From positions 1 through 37,642 of the forward strand of contig CALXYE010000030.1 in NCBI GenBank assembly GCA_944392845.1: a stretch of DNA of 37,642 nucleotides, read 5' to 3'. The notes beneath the pieces were generated by a model. It was not told the origin of the DNA, did no database searches, and saw nothing but the letters and a program-made list of their open reading frames with translations. Below are positions 8,292 to 16,252 of this stretch, one piece after another. Source of the DNA: an uncultured Alphaproteobacteria bacterium (GTDB lineage: Bacteria > Pseudomonadota > Alphaproteobacteria > CAAGCB01 > CAG-977). Made by a program: the position numbers and the translations under genes. Numbering within the stretch: position 1 is the stretch's first letter; every line of letters begins with the position of its first letter.

Positions 8292-9449
8292 GTGAAAAAA
8301 AGGAAGCTGTCTTTTTTCGTTCTTCTTTTATCCGGCCTTTTCAGCGCAGCGGTCTGTTTCTTTTTATTCAAAGCTTATTTCCATGCGGGATGGCGCTTCG
8401 ACATTATGAAAGTGAGCCATTGGCAATATCTGGCGGACAAATGGAATTCCGGATGGGTCATGAGCACGCCGAAAGAAATGATGTTCTTTGCCGGCTTTGT
8501 CGCAATCATTCCCGTCTGGCTGACGACGTGGGTTCTGTGCTACATCATGCCGTGGAAGGGAATACTGCTGTTTCCTTTAACTCTGCTGAAAAAACGCAAA
8601 GCGGAAAAGTTGTTGCAAAAATCGATTGAAGCAGCCAAAGGTCCCGAAAACATACAGGCCGCCCTGGCGGCAAAGAAAGCGGCGCCGAAGGAAACCGCGC
8701 ACAAAGCGCCGAAAATATCTTCGGACAAAATGACAAAGATTGACAAGCTGAGAGGGCGAACCTCTCATGCGCATTCCGCCGCGCCGCAACCGGTACAAAC
8801 GGCGGGTACGTTTGAAGAACCCGTTCAAACGCAGCATCAGCCCGTTTCGCCGACGGCCCTACCCTCCGCCGAAACGCCGCAAACGGCGGCGGCGTCCGAT
8901 CAAAAGTCCCGCACGTTGCAAGTTTGGGATGATTTGGCGGCTCTGATGGAAAAAAGCGGTATTTTCATTTTTCGCGAAATGAAAATCGGAGCCTACGAAA
9001 CAAACATCATTGCCGTAACGAACGAAAACGTTTTCCTGCTCTCCGAAGGGCCGAAGCTCGGCTCGAACTGGACGGTCTGCGAAAACGACACGCCGCCCGT
9101 GTGGAAGGACGGCAAAGACGCTTTGGCTTCGCCCCTCCGCCCTTTGCTTGACGCGCGAAACAAGCTTAAAGAGCATCTTGACGCGGAGTTTCCTCAATAT
9201 TCATCTTTAGTCGTCAACGCCTGTTTGGTTTTGGATCACGGCAACGTTACGAATACAAAAGCCTTAATCGAAAAATTGGAAGAATGGGATATGTCGGTAT
9301 TGCGAACGGGAACGTGCAAAACGACAGATCTGCCCGAGGTCGGGGCTTTGCTTTCTTACATCCGTACACAGGCTCAGGCGACGCAGGAGGTCAGCGACGC
9401 AATCGCGGACACGCTTCTGTTTTTGATGGAGACGGGCAGTGATTTCTAA
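8292..9449 (+). CDS. Membrane-anchored NERD-like protein, paralog 1
   Basis: 385-aa ORF with a GTG start. The N-terminal TM is followed by the conserved WRFDIMKVSHWQYLADKWNSGWVMSTPKE block and a second TM region, then a Pro/Ala/Lys linker. The C-terminal part (IFIFREMKIGAYETNIIAVTNENVFLLSEGPK..W..SPLRPLLDARNKLKEHL) resembles the NERD pattern. Confidence 0.6.
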   Translation: MKKRKLSFFVLLLSGLFSAAVCFFLFKAYFHAGWRFDIMKVSHWQYLADKWNSGWVMSTPKEMMFFAGFVAIIPVWLTTWVLCYIMPWKGILLFPLTLLKKRKAEKLLQKSIEAAKGPENIQAALAAKKAAPKETAHKAPKISSDKMTKIDKLRGRTSHAHSAAPQPVQTAGTFEEPVQTQHQPVSPTALPSAETPQTAAASDQKSRTLQVWDDLAALMEKSGIFIFREMKIGAYETNIIAVTNENVFLLSEGPKLGSNWTVCENDTPPVWKDGKDALASPLRPLLDARNKLKEHLDAEFPQYSSLVVNACLVLDHGNVTNTKALIEKLEEWDMSVLRTGTCKTTDLPEVGALLSYIRTQAQATQEVSDAIADTLLFLMETGSDF

Positions 9450-10497
9450 ATTTTTCGCGGCCATCGCCCGCCTGTTCACCATTGCCTGCATCTGGACTCC
9501 CGGCTATGTGTTTTGGTTCCGCCGCTTAACGGTCGGTCTGTGGGGTTTTGACATCCTGGCAAAATCCCATTGGAACTATATTTGGGATCAGTGGCAACAG
9601 GGATGGGTTATCCAAAGCCCCCGCGAATGGTGTTTTGTCATCGCGTTATGCATGTTCGTCCCCTTATGGTTCATCGGATGGACGATTTTATGTTCCATCT
9701 CATGGATGTCTTGGTTCAAGGCTATCCTCCTGTTCCCGATCAAGCTGCTGAAAAGTATAAGAAAAAGATCGACCAAAAGCGGCGCAAAACCGAAAGTCAC
9801 CCGTCGGAAATCCTATAAACAAACACGTCCGCCCGCCGTACGCGCCGGTTCGGGAAAGATCAAACCCTTGGATAAAGCGCCGGAAGAAGAAGCTAAGCAT
9901 GCTTCGAAAAAACATGCTCACGCGAAAAAGCACGAAGAAAACATCTCTCCGTCGCCCGAACCGAAACGCGAAGCAAGACCTTCGTCCGCGCCGACGGGCG
10001 CCGTATCTTCGGGCGGCAGTATTGCCGACATTCTTTCCAAGGCGGGTTATCGCCTTATTTCGAATGCCAAAGCGGGGGGCAAACCTGTTGATTTTATCGG
10101 CGTTGCGGACGACCGTTTGCTTTTATGCCTGGTCGATTCCGAACCCGGCGACTGGCTGGCTGACGAAGAACGTTTCAATGACGAAGAACCGCTGTGGTTT
10201 TCCGAAAGCAATCACAGGATATCCCCCGTTCGCGTCATTTTGAACGCGCGCGACGCTCTGATGCCGAAACTTTCGGGGCGCGCAAGAGGCCTTGACGTCA
10301 GGACGATGGTCATTGTCAAACAGGGAACCATCATCAACGCCGAAGACATGTTCGAGGTTTGGGAAGGCCTGCGCGTTTCCGTCTGCCGTTATCAAGACGG
10401 CGGCCCGTCCGAAATCAAACCTTTGAACGAAGTCGTCGAACGCGTCAATGCTCCCGACGATGATCTGTTCCGCGACGTTTCTTCGGCATTGGGATAA
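9439..10497 (+). CDS. Membrane-anchored NERD-like protein, paralog 2
   Basis: 352-aa ORF with a GTG start that overlaps the previous stop by 11 nt. It has the same N-terminal block (WGFDILAKSHWNYIWDQWQQGWVIQSPRE), a basic linker, and the C-terminus VDFIGVADDRLLLCLVDSEPGDW..W..SPVRVILNARDALMPKL. Confidence 0.6.
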   Translation: MISKFFAAIARLFTIACIWTPGYVFWFRRLTVGLWGFDILAKSHWNYIWDQWQQGWVIQSPREWCFVIALCMFVPLWFIGWTILCSISWMSWFKAILLFPIKLLKSIRKRSTKSGAKPKVTRRKSYKQTRPPAVRAGSGKIKPLDKAPEEEAKHASKKHAHAKKHEENISPSPEPKREARPSSAPTGAVSSGGSIADILSKAGYRLISNAKAGGKPVDFIGVADDRLLLCLVDSEPGDWLADEERFNDEEPLWFSESNHRISPVRVILNARDALMPKLSGRARGLDVRTMVIVKQGTIINAEDMFEVWEGLRVSVCRYQDGGPSEIKPLNEVVERVNAPDDDLFRDVSSALG

Positions 10498-10550
10498 TCT
10501 TTTCTTTACTTTTAGGGCGCATCCTGAATTAAAACGAAAAGGGGAAAAAA

Positions 10551-11504
10551 GTGCGCCGATTTGATAAAGCGTCCTTAATAAAAAAAATATTGAAAGACGT
10601 CTTGCGCCTGACGTTGCGTTTGGCCGGGATCGGAGCGGAATGCCTGATTGCCTTTTTCTTTAAAGTCTTTATTCCGTTTTTTATCGGCTCAATTGCCTGT
10701 TTCGCGCTAACCTGCATCCTGTTGAACGGAATCGGAACGGAAGCAATCGAAACGGCAACGACATTCGCGAAAGAAACCCTTTCTTCGCCGTTGTCCCTGC
10801 TTCCGCTGTACGCCCAATGGTACGACGACGTTTTTGAAAACGGTTTCCGGACATCTTCCCGATATTTTCTGTCCCAAGTCCTGCCCGCCGTCCCGCTTTT
10901 TTACGCGGCGTTCGGCATAATCGGCATGCTTCTGCTCCGTCCCGCGGCTTCGCATTCGCGCGAAGGGCGGCGGGCGCGGTTGGATTTCATTGACGAACTG
11001 TTCCATCATATAAAAGAACAAAAACGCGGTTTTTCCGATGAAGAATTCTTTACCCGCCGCGAAGAAGCGCCGGAGTTGGAACGGGACGCCTTTGAAGAGG
11101 AATTTTTCGGCGAAGACGAAAACGAAGACGTTTCGGCGGCTTTAAAGGTACTGTACATCAGCGACGACGTTAAAATATTCGGCAAGGAAAGCCTGTACGA
11201 CGAATGGGCGGACAAGACGCGTCTGGCCGTCGTATTTTGCACGCCGAAGGAAGCCAACGGCTTTTTCCTTCAGGCCTTTTACGCAAGCCGCCTGAAAAAT
11301 CGGGACTGCCGCGCCTTAAAAGGTTTTTTCCGCGACCTGAAAGATGCGGACGCCGCGGAAGAAGTAAAAAAAATACGGGCGGGAGTTTTTGATTCTTCGC
11401 GTTACGACAAAATTACCTTCTGGGAAAGGCCGCCCCTTTCCTGGCGCAAGGCAAAGGTCATGTTCTGCATGATTCCCAAACTTTGGGAATCAAAGGAAAA
11501 ATAG
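10551..11504 (+). CDS. Hypothetical membrane protein with an acidic cytoplasmic domain
   Basis: 317-aa ORF with a GTG start preceded by AAAGGGGA. It has hydrophobic segments in the first 130 aa, then a Glu/Asp/Phe-rich region. No recognised domain. Confidence 0.6.
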   Translation: MRRFDKASLIKKILKDVLRLTLRLAGIGAECLIAFFFKVFIPFFIGSIACFALTCILLNGIGTEAIETATTFAKETLSSPLSLLPLYAQWYDDVFENGFRTSSRYFLSQVLPAVPLFYAAFGIIGMLLLRPAASHSREGRRARLDFIDELFHHIKEQKRGFSDEEFFTRREEAPELERDAFEEEFFGEDENEDVSAALKVLYISDDVKIFGKESLYDEWADKTRLAVVFCTPKEANGFFLQAFYASRLKNRDCRALKGFFRDLKDADAAEEVKKIRAGVFDSSRYDKITFWERPPLSWRKAKVMFCMIPKLWESKEK

Positions 11505-11513
11505 GGAAAATAT

Positions 11514-11542
11514 TTGGATTTTCATCGGATTGCTTTTATACT
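11514..11542 (+). promoter_or_regulatory. Sigma70-like promoter upstream of the coupling-protein gene
   Basis: TTGGAT (11514-11519), 17-nt spacer, TATACT (11537-11542). Confidence 0.5.
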
Positions 11543-11585
11543 AAAAAGGTATATCTTTTTTTGAAGTCAGGGAGCTGTTTGAAGA

Positions 11586-13916
11586 ATGGCAAAACGCGGT
11601 GATGAATGGGCAGAAAGAGATGCCGCAGTAAACTGGTGTATCGCAACGGTCGCCATTTCCTGCGCGGCATTTTTTGTATTGGCAATCGCCAGCTTTGCGC
11701 TTTCTTACCTGATCGGAAAAGGCATCAGCCAGGAAACTCTGGGCATCGTATGGAAATTCCTGAAACGGCTGGCGCTTGATCCGATGTACTTGGGACAAAC
11801 ATATTGGAGGTGGCTCAAGCAGTTCTATGCTTTGGGCGGAGCCTTCAGCATACCGATGTGGTTGCCGACGGTGCCGTTCTTTGCCTTTTTCGTCATTTTG
11901 GTAACGGGTCTGATCATGAACCCGCACGAATGGATATCCCAAATCCACGGCAGCGGACGCATTGCCACTTATGCCGACATTAAAAAAATGGGGTTGTTCG
12001 ACGGCTTTATCATCGTTTTGGGACGCTGGAAGGGTAAGCTGTTACGCCTGCCCGAAACGCTGTCCGTGCTGGTGCTGGCGCCTCCCGGAACGGGTAAGAC
12101 GGTCGGCGTCGTTATGCCGACGATTTTCGAATCCAACAACATCAGCATCATCGTCAACGACCCGAAACCCGAATTGTGTTTTAAAACAAGCGGTTACCGT
12201 CAAACCATCGGTCCCGTGTTCGTCATCAACTGGGGCGCCGAAGACGAACCTGACAAGGGTATTTATTATCCCAGCTGGAACCCCTTGTCCGCAACGTGTT
12301 TGCCGCCGATGGGGCCCGCGCGCGACATGTACGTCGACAGTATGGTGACCGTGCTGGTCGAAGAACCGAAAGGCGGCGCGGATCCGCACTGGGCCAAAAC
12401 GGGCCGAAACGCCCTGACGGGCTTCATCCATTTCGTCGTCGGAAAGTGCGAACGCGCCCGCGCGAACGATTACTTTATCGGAAAGCTGTATGAAGGGGCA
12501 CTGGACGACAAAGACCGCGAAGTCCTTGAAGGCTATTATTTGGACATGACGGACGCCGATGCGGCGGGCGCTTTGGAAAATCTGCGCAACGGCACGTTGA
12601 CTTTGGAAAACTACGTCCCCATCGGAACGTGGGAAATGTTGCCCGAATCCTGGGTCGGCGGAGAACCCTGCATCGCCATGATTCTGGACTGGCTGACCGA
12701 AGCGCAGATGCAAATGGCGGCGGACATCAAACGCCGTACCGAAGAAGGCGACCAGATGGCCGCCCTGGCCGATCCGATGCGCGACATGCTGGATCAAGCG
12801 GTCGCCGAATGTAAAAAGTACGGGTACGCTCACCGCGCCGTCGTCGAATTGAACCAGTTGTCGGGAACGCCCGATAAGGAACGCGGTTCTATTTTATCGA
12901 CGGCATTAACGGGTATCGGTATTTTCAAAAACTCGGCCGTGCGCGCCAGAACAAAAATGAGCGATTTCATCTTTCGCGATTTGCGCGGCATGAAGGATCC
13001 GATCACGGGCGAAATGAAATCAATTGCCGTCTATCTGTCGGTGAACCAGGTTGACGCCCGCGCGTTGAACATCATCACGGGAACGTTCGTCGAGCTGATG
13101 TCGAACTTCCTGATCGCGAATCCGCCCAACTTCCCGCAAGCGGACGGCGGCAAAACGGGGCCGTTCCCGACGCTGTTCGTCCTCGACGAATTTCCGCAAA
13201 TGCCGAAACTGGGCGCCGTTAAGGACGGCCCTGCGGTCGGACGCGGCCAAAAAGTGTCATACCTGCTGATCGGGCAAGACTTGGGCCAAATTTCGGGACA
13301 ATACGGCAAGGACGATCTGGAAACCATCATTTCCACAACGGCGGCGAAAATCGTTTTGTCGCAAAACAACGAACAAACGGCTCAACGTTTCGAAAAGATG
13401 ATCGGTACAAGAACGGTTGAAATCGCTTCTTCCTCCCGTACGGAAGGTTGGTCGAAACAGGCGACGCCGTTCTCTAAAAACGTATCCCGTTCGTTGCAGG
13501 GAACCGCCGTTATCGGCGCTTCGCAAATGCTCAGCCTGCCTTCGACGAAACAAATCGTTTTGATGCAAGGTTACATGAACCGCCCGATTATGGCTGATGC
13601 GCCGCGTTGGTTCTTGGATAAGGAAATGACGAAGAAATGTCAGATTCCCGCTTCGCCGAACGTGCCGTACTGGGTTGTCGCCCAACGCGAAGATTCGGAC
13701 GTCAGCGCGTTGCAGGGATTGATCGACATCGCCGACGAAGAAACGGACGAAATCGAAGACGAACTTGATGAAATGGAAGACGAAGAATACGACATTGAGG
13801 ATATCGACGACGAAGATGAAGATTACGACGATGACGATGAAGACGAGGATGAAGACGAAGAGTATGACGACGAAGATTACGAAGACTTCATTGAAGACGA
13901 ATATGACGGCAAATAA
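11586..13916 (+). CDS. virD4: Type IV secretion coupling protein (VirD4/TraG family ATPase) with a poly-acidic C-terminal tail
   Basis: 776 aa with two N-terminal TM segments. Family motifs are HGSGRIATYADIKKMGL; Walker A LAPPGTGKT (GTGKT at 12087-12101) followed by VNDPKPEL; Walker B-like LFVLDEFPQMPKL; and LLIGQDLGQISGQYG. The last 63 aa are almost entirely Asp/Glu/Tyr. Confidence 0.9.
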   Translation: MAKRGDEWAERDAAVNWCIATVAISCAAFFVLAIASFALSYLIGKGISQETLGIVWKFLKRLALDPMYLGQTYWRWLKQFYALGGAFSIPMWLPTVPFFAFFVILVTGLIMNPHEWISQIHGSGRIATYADIKKMGLFDGFIIVLGRWKGKLLRLPETLSVLVLAPPGTGKTVGVVMPTIFESNNISIIVNDPKPELCFKTSGYRQTIGPVFVINWGAEDEPDKGIYYPSWNPLSATCLPPMGPARDMYVDSMVTVLVEEPKGGADPHWAKTGRNALTGFIHFVVGKCERARANDYFIGKLYEGALDDKDREVLEGYYLDMTDADAAGALENLRNGTLTLENYVPIGTWEMLPESWVGGEPCIAMILDWLTEAQMQMAADIKRRTEEGDQMAALADPMRDMLDQAVAECKKYGYAHRAVVELNQLSGTPDKERGSILSTALTGIGIFKNSAVRARTKMSDFIFRDLRGMKDPITGEMKSIAVYLSVNQVDARALNIITGTFVELMSNFLIANPPNFPQADGGKTGPFPTLFVLDEFPQMPKLGAVKDGPAVGRGQKVSYLLIGQDLGQISGQYGKDDLETIISTTAAKIVLSQNNEQTAQRFEKMIGTRTVEIASSSRTEGWSKQATPFSKNVSRSLQGTAVIGASQMLSLPSTKQIVLMQGYMNRPIMADAPRWFLDKEMTKKCQIPASPNVPYWVVAQREDSDVSALQGLIDIADEETDEIEDELDEMEDEEYDIEDIDDEDEDYDDDDEDEDEDEEYDDEDYEDFIEDEYDGK

Positions 13917-13961
13917 CGGAGCGACGGTTTAAGAAAACGGCATTAACAGGAACGGTGCATC

Positions 13962-15014
13962 ATGTGGGACTGGTCGGGTTCCAAAATCCCGCCTCCGAAG
14001 CGTTCGCGCGAGGAGGCCGCCGCGGAAGCGCAGAATCAGGGAGTCACTCCCGTGCGCCGTGACGTTCGCGTCGTACCTATTTACAGGGATCCCCGTTCCT
14101 TCAGAACCCTGCCGCCGACGGCGCCCGCTTCCGCTTATCCCGATCCTTTGGATATGTCGCAGCCCGTTTATCCCAACGTGCCGATGCAACCGCCCCGTCC
14201 GAACTATCCGCCTCAGCCGCCGATGCCGCAGGCCTATCCTTATCCGCAACCGCAGCCCTACCCCGCCGCGCCCGCAGGAATGACGTCGTGGGGCAACATC
14301 CCGCCGCCGCAACCCGCATACATGCCTCAGCCGTATCAGCCTTATCCGCCGATGCCGCCGCAACCCGCTCCGTACCTTCAGCCGCAAATGCCCGGGCAAC
14401 CCGAAACAATGCCGACGATGTCGGCCTACCAGCCGAATGCCGCCGCCGCCATGCCTGCGGAAGAAACGGGCGACCGTTCCATGTGGGAATGGCAAATGTC
14501 GCAGATGGAACTCCCCAACATGGACCTGATTGAAGCGAACTACATCATGTTGGATCCCCGCTGGCGGCTGGAATTGCGCAAAGCGTTCAAGCGCGCGCGC
14601 CGCGATTTCCTGAAATACGTCGGATACCACCATGTCAACGAACTGATGGCGGCGGGACTTTTAGAGGAAGACATCGCGAAAATCAAAAAAGGCAAGGCTC
14701 CCGAAAACTTTAACGTCCATGTCCGCATTCCCTTTGATTACGGCGGTACGAACGACTTTTCAAATCTTGTCCTGATACAAACGCATCCCTTCCACGTTAA
14801 TATTCACAAATTGCTGGACATGCAGATTCTCAGCCGGCCGCAGGGCATGAAGCCCCGCCGCCTGTTCATCCCCGCGCCGAAGGGAAAAGTCTATTTCCCC
14901 GGCGTCATTGAAGTGTCATCGGGCGGAAAAGACAAGCACGACAGGAGCGTTTACGCCGGTTTCCTGGAAAGCACTTTTGAAATTATCGCTCAAAAATCTT
15001 CTTTAGGACGGTAA
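13962..15014 (+). CDS. Putative HNH-nuclease toxin/effector with a Pro/Gln-rich N-terminal region
   Basis: 350 aa. Residues about 45-165 are P/Q/Y/M-rich low complexity. The C-terminal NVHVRIPFDYGGTNDFSNLVLIQTHPFHVNIH (14718-14807) fits the HNH pattern His..GG..N-L..H-x3-H. Confidence 0.65.
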   Translation: MWDWSGSKIPPPKRSREEAAAEAQNQGVTPVRRDVRVVPIYRDPRSFRTLPPTAPASAYPDPLDMSQPVYPNVPMQPPRPNYPPQPPMPQAYPYPQPQPYPAAPAGMTSWGNIPPPQPAYMPQPYQPYPPMPPQPAPYLQPQMPGQPETMPTMSAYQPNAAAAMPAEETGDRSMWEWQMSQMELPNMDLIEANYIMLDPRWRLELRKAFKRARRDFLKYVGYHHVNELMAAGLLEEDIAKIKKGKAPENFNVHVRIPFDYGGTNDFSNLVLIQTHPFHVNIHKLLDMQILSRPQGMKPRRLFIPAPKGKVYFPGVIEVSSGGKDKHDRSVYAGFLESTFEIIAQKSSLGR

Positions 15015-15017
15015 CGA

Positions 15018-15461
15018 ATGCCCGAAATGCTGAAACGGATTTTGGAAACCTTGAAAAAAGACGACGGCGTCTTTTTTCCGCCCGTTGACGACCGTTCTTT
15101 GCGCTTTGTCGCCTCCATGCTCTCCAGCCACCATTTCCCGATGATCCCCAAAGATTACATCGAGCTCTTAAAACAAACGGACGGTTTGGTGTGGAACGGC
15201 ATTGAGCTTTACGGGACGCGCGCAAACGACAGGGAAACGATGGGATACACTCTGCCGGGGCTGATCGAAGCCAATCTGGAATACGCAAACGTACCGCAAA
15301 TGCGCGGCAAACTGTTGCTGGGGCGCGCATCGGAAGAATTATTCGTTTACGATACGACGGACCAGAAATACCACATCCTCGATCGTTTGGACTTTCAGGT
15401 CAGCTGCAGTTTTCCGACGTTTTCGGAGGCCGTATACCTGTTCGTTGACGAGCTGTTTTAG
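15018..15461 (+). CDS. SUKH/SMI1-KNR4-like putative immunity protein
   Basis: 147 aa, starting 3 nt after the HNH gene stop. FPMIPKDYIELLKQTDGLVWNGIELYGT matches the remembered SMI1/KNR4 (SUKH-1) core (LP.dY.efl...nG...g.el.g). Confidence 0.6.
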   Translation: MPEMLKRILETLKKDDGVFFPPVDDRSLRFVASMLSSHHFPMIPKDYIELLKQTDGLVWNGIELYGTRANDRETMGYTLPGLIEANLEYANVPQMRGKLLLGRASEELFVYDTTDQKYHILDRLDFQVSCSFPTFSEAVYLFVDELF

Positions 15462-16252
15462 CCCTTTTTTTGCGAAAGCGCGCGGGAATATTCCGTCAAA
15501 AAGCAAAACATATAAATAACGGTAACGATGCTTGCCGTCATAAACGTCAGATTCATTCCCAAAAATAAAGCAACCGAATTTATAACGGCAAACGGCAGAA
15601 AAGATAACGCTCCCAGCCTGAGACGCATATCAAACGGCATATCCAGCCGAAAGAACGGCGTGATAAAAAAAGATAAAACGGCGAAAAAGAACGCGCAAAG
15701 ACAAAATACCGTCGAAAACATCGCGCCTAAAACGGCAAAGACCGCTACGGGAAAAGATCTGTGCAAATATGTAATCAGACGGGACAGTTGCCCGCGCACC
15801 CGTTCGCCGTCCGTTACGGAAAAGTCTCCGTACCGCTCCAGCATCCCGGCTAAGGGAACGCTGCCGGCGTAGCGGCCTCCCGCCATCAAAAGCCTGTCCT
15901 GCGTTACATAAATTCCCTTGGGCGGCAAGTCTTTGAACGAAAGAGGCTTTTGAGTCGTATCAAAAATAAAAAAGAAGTCTTTTTCGGGAGACACATAAAC
16001 GTATTCATACCCTTCCGGCTTCGTGATCCGTCCGCCTTCAAAGCGGATTTCTTCATTTTGCTCCAGTATCGGCAATAAAATGTCCGCCGTCAGAGGACGA
16101 ACCGCCATATACATCCCCAGCGCCCAAAACAACGACGCCAGAAACGCCAAGCGAAACAACGGGCCGAACCCCGCCCCTTTGCCGTCCGAAACGACTTTTT
16201 GAGCCAGCGTTTGATCGTAAAAGACCCGATACAAAAGGGAAAACGATCCCAT
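15458..16252 (-). CDS. DUF1189 (YvdJ-like) family membrane protein, copy 2
   Basis: 264 aa. The N-terminus MGSFSLLYRVFYDQTLAQKVV is followed by a TM, a central extracytoplasmic domain and C-terminal TMs. It is a paralog of the adjacent ORF. Confidence 0.6.
   Translation of the reverse strand: MGSFSLLYRVFYDQTLAQKVVSDGKGAGFGPLFRLAFLASLFWALGMYMAVRPLTADILLPILEQNEEIRFEGGRITKPEGYEYVYVSPEKDFFFIFDTTQKPLSFKDLPPKGIYVTQDRLLMAGGRYAGSVPLAGMLERYGDFSVTDGERVRGQLSRLITYLHRSFPVAVFAVLGAMFSTVFCLCAFFFAVLSFFITPFFRLDMPFDMRLRLGALSFLPFAVINSVALFLGMNLTFMTASIVTVIYMFCFLTEYSRALSQKKG

Noticed and set aside
8138-8371. A 77-aa minus-strand ORF in the 7861-8291 spacer, running into the start of the first NERD-like gene.
   Set aside because: It is Lys/Arg-rich, overlaps the GTG start region of a paralog-supported gene, and has no RBS.
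12042-12833. A 263-aa ORF on the minus strand inside virD4.
   Set aside because: It is entirely antisense to a gene with unambiguous family motifs. Its composition (Arg/Gly/His/Phe-rich) is typical of a shadow frame, and it has no recognisable domain.
13725-13913. The GA-rich low-complexity DNA considered as a non-coding microsatellite.
   Set aside because: It stays in frame with virD4 up to a normal stop and encodes a coherent Asp/Glu/Tyr tail. I treat it as coding but flag it for read-level verification.
13929-14633. A 234-aa Arg/Gly/His-rich ORF on the minus strand.
   Set aside because: It is the reverse-complement shadow of the Pro/Gln-rich (CCG/CAG-rich) coding region of the HNH protein. 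The low-complexity RRR/GLR content is not protein-like.
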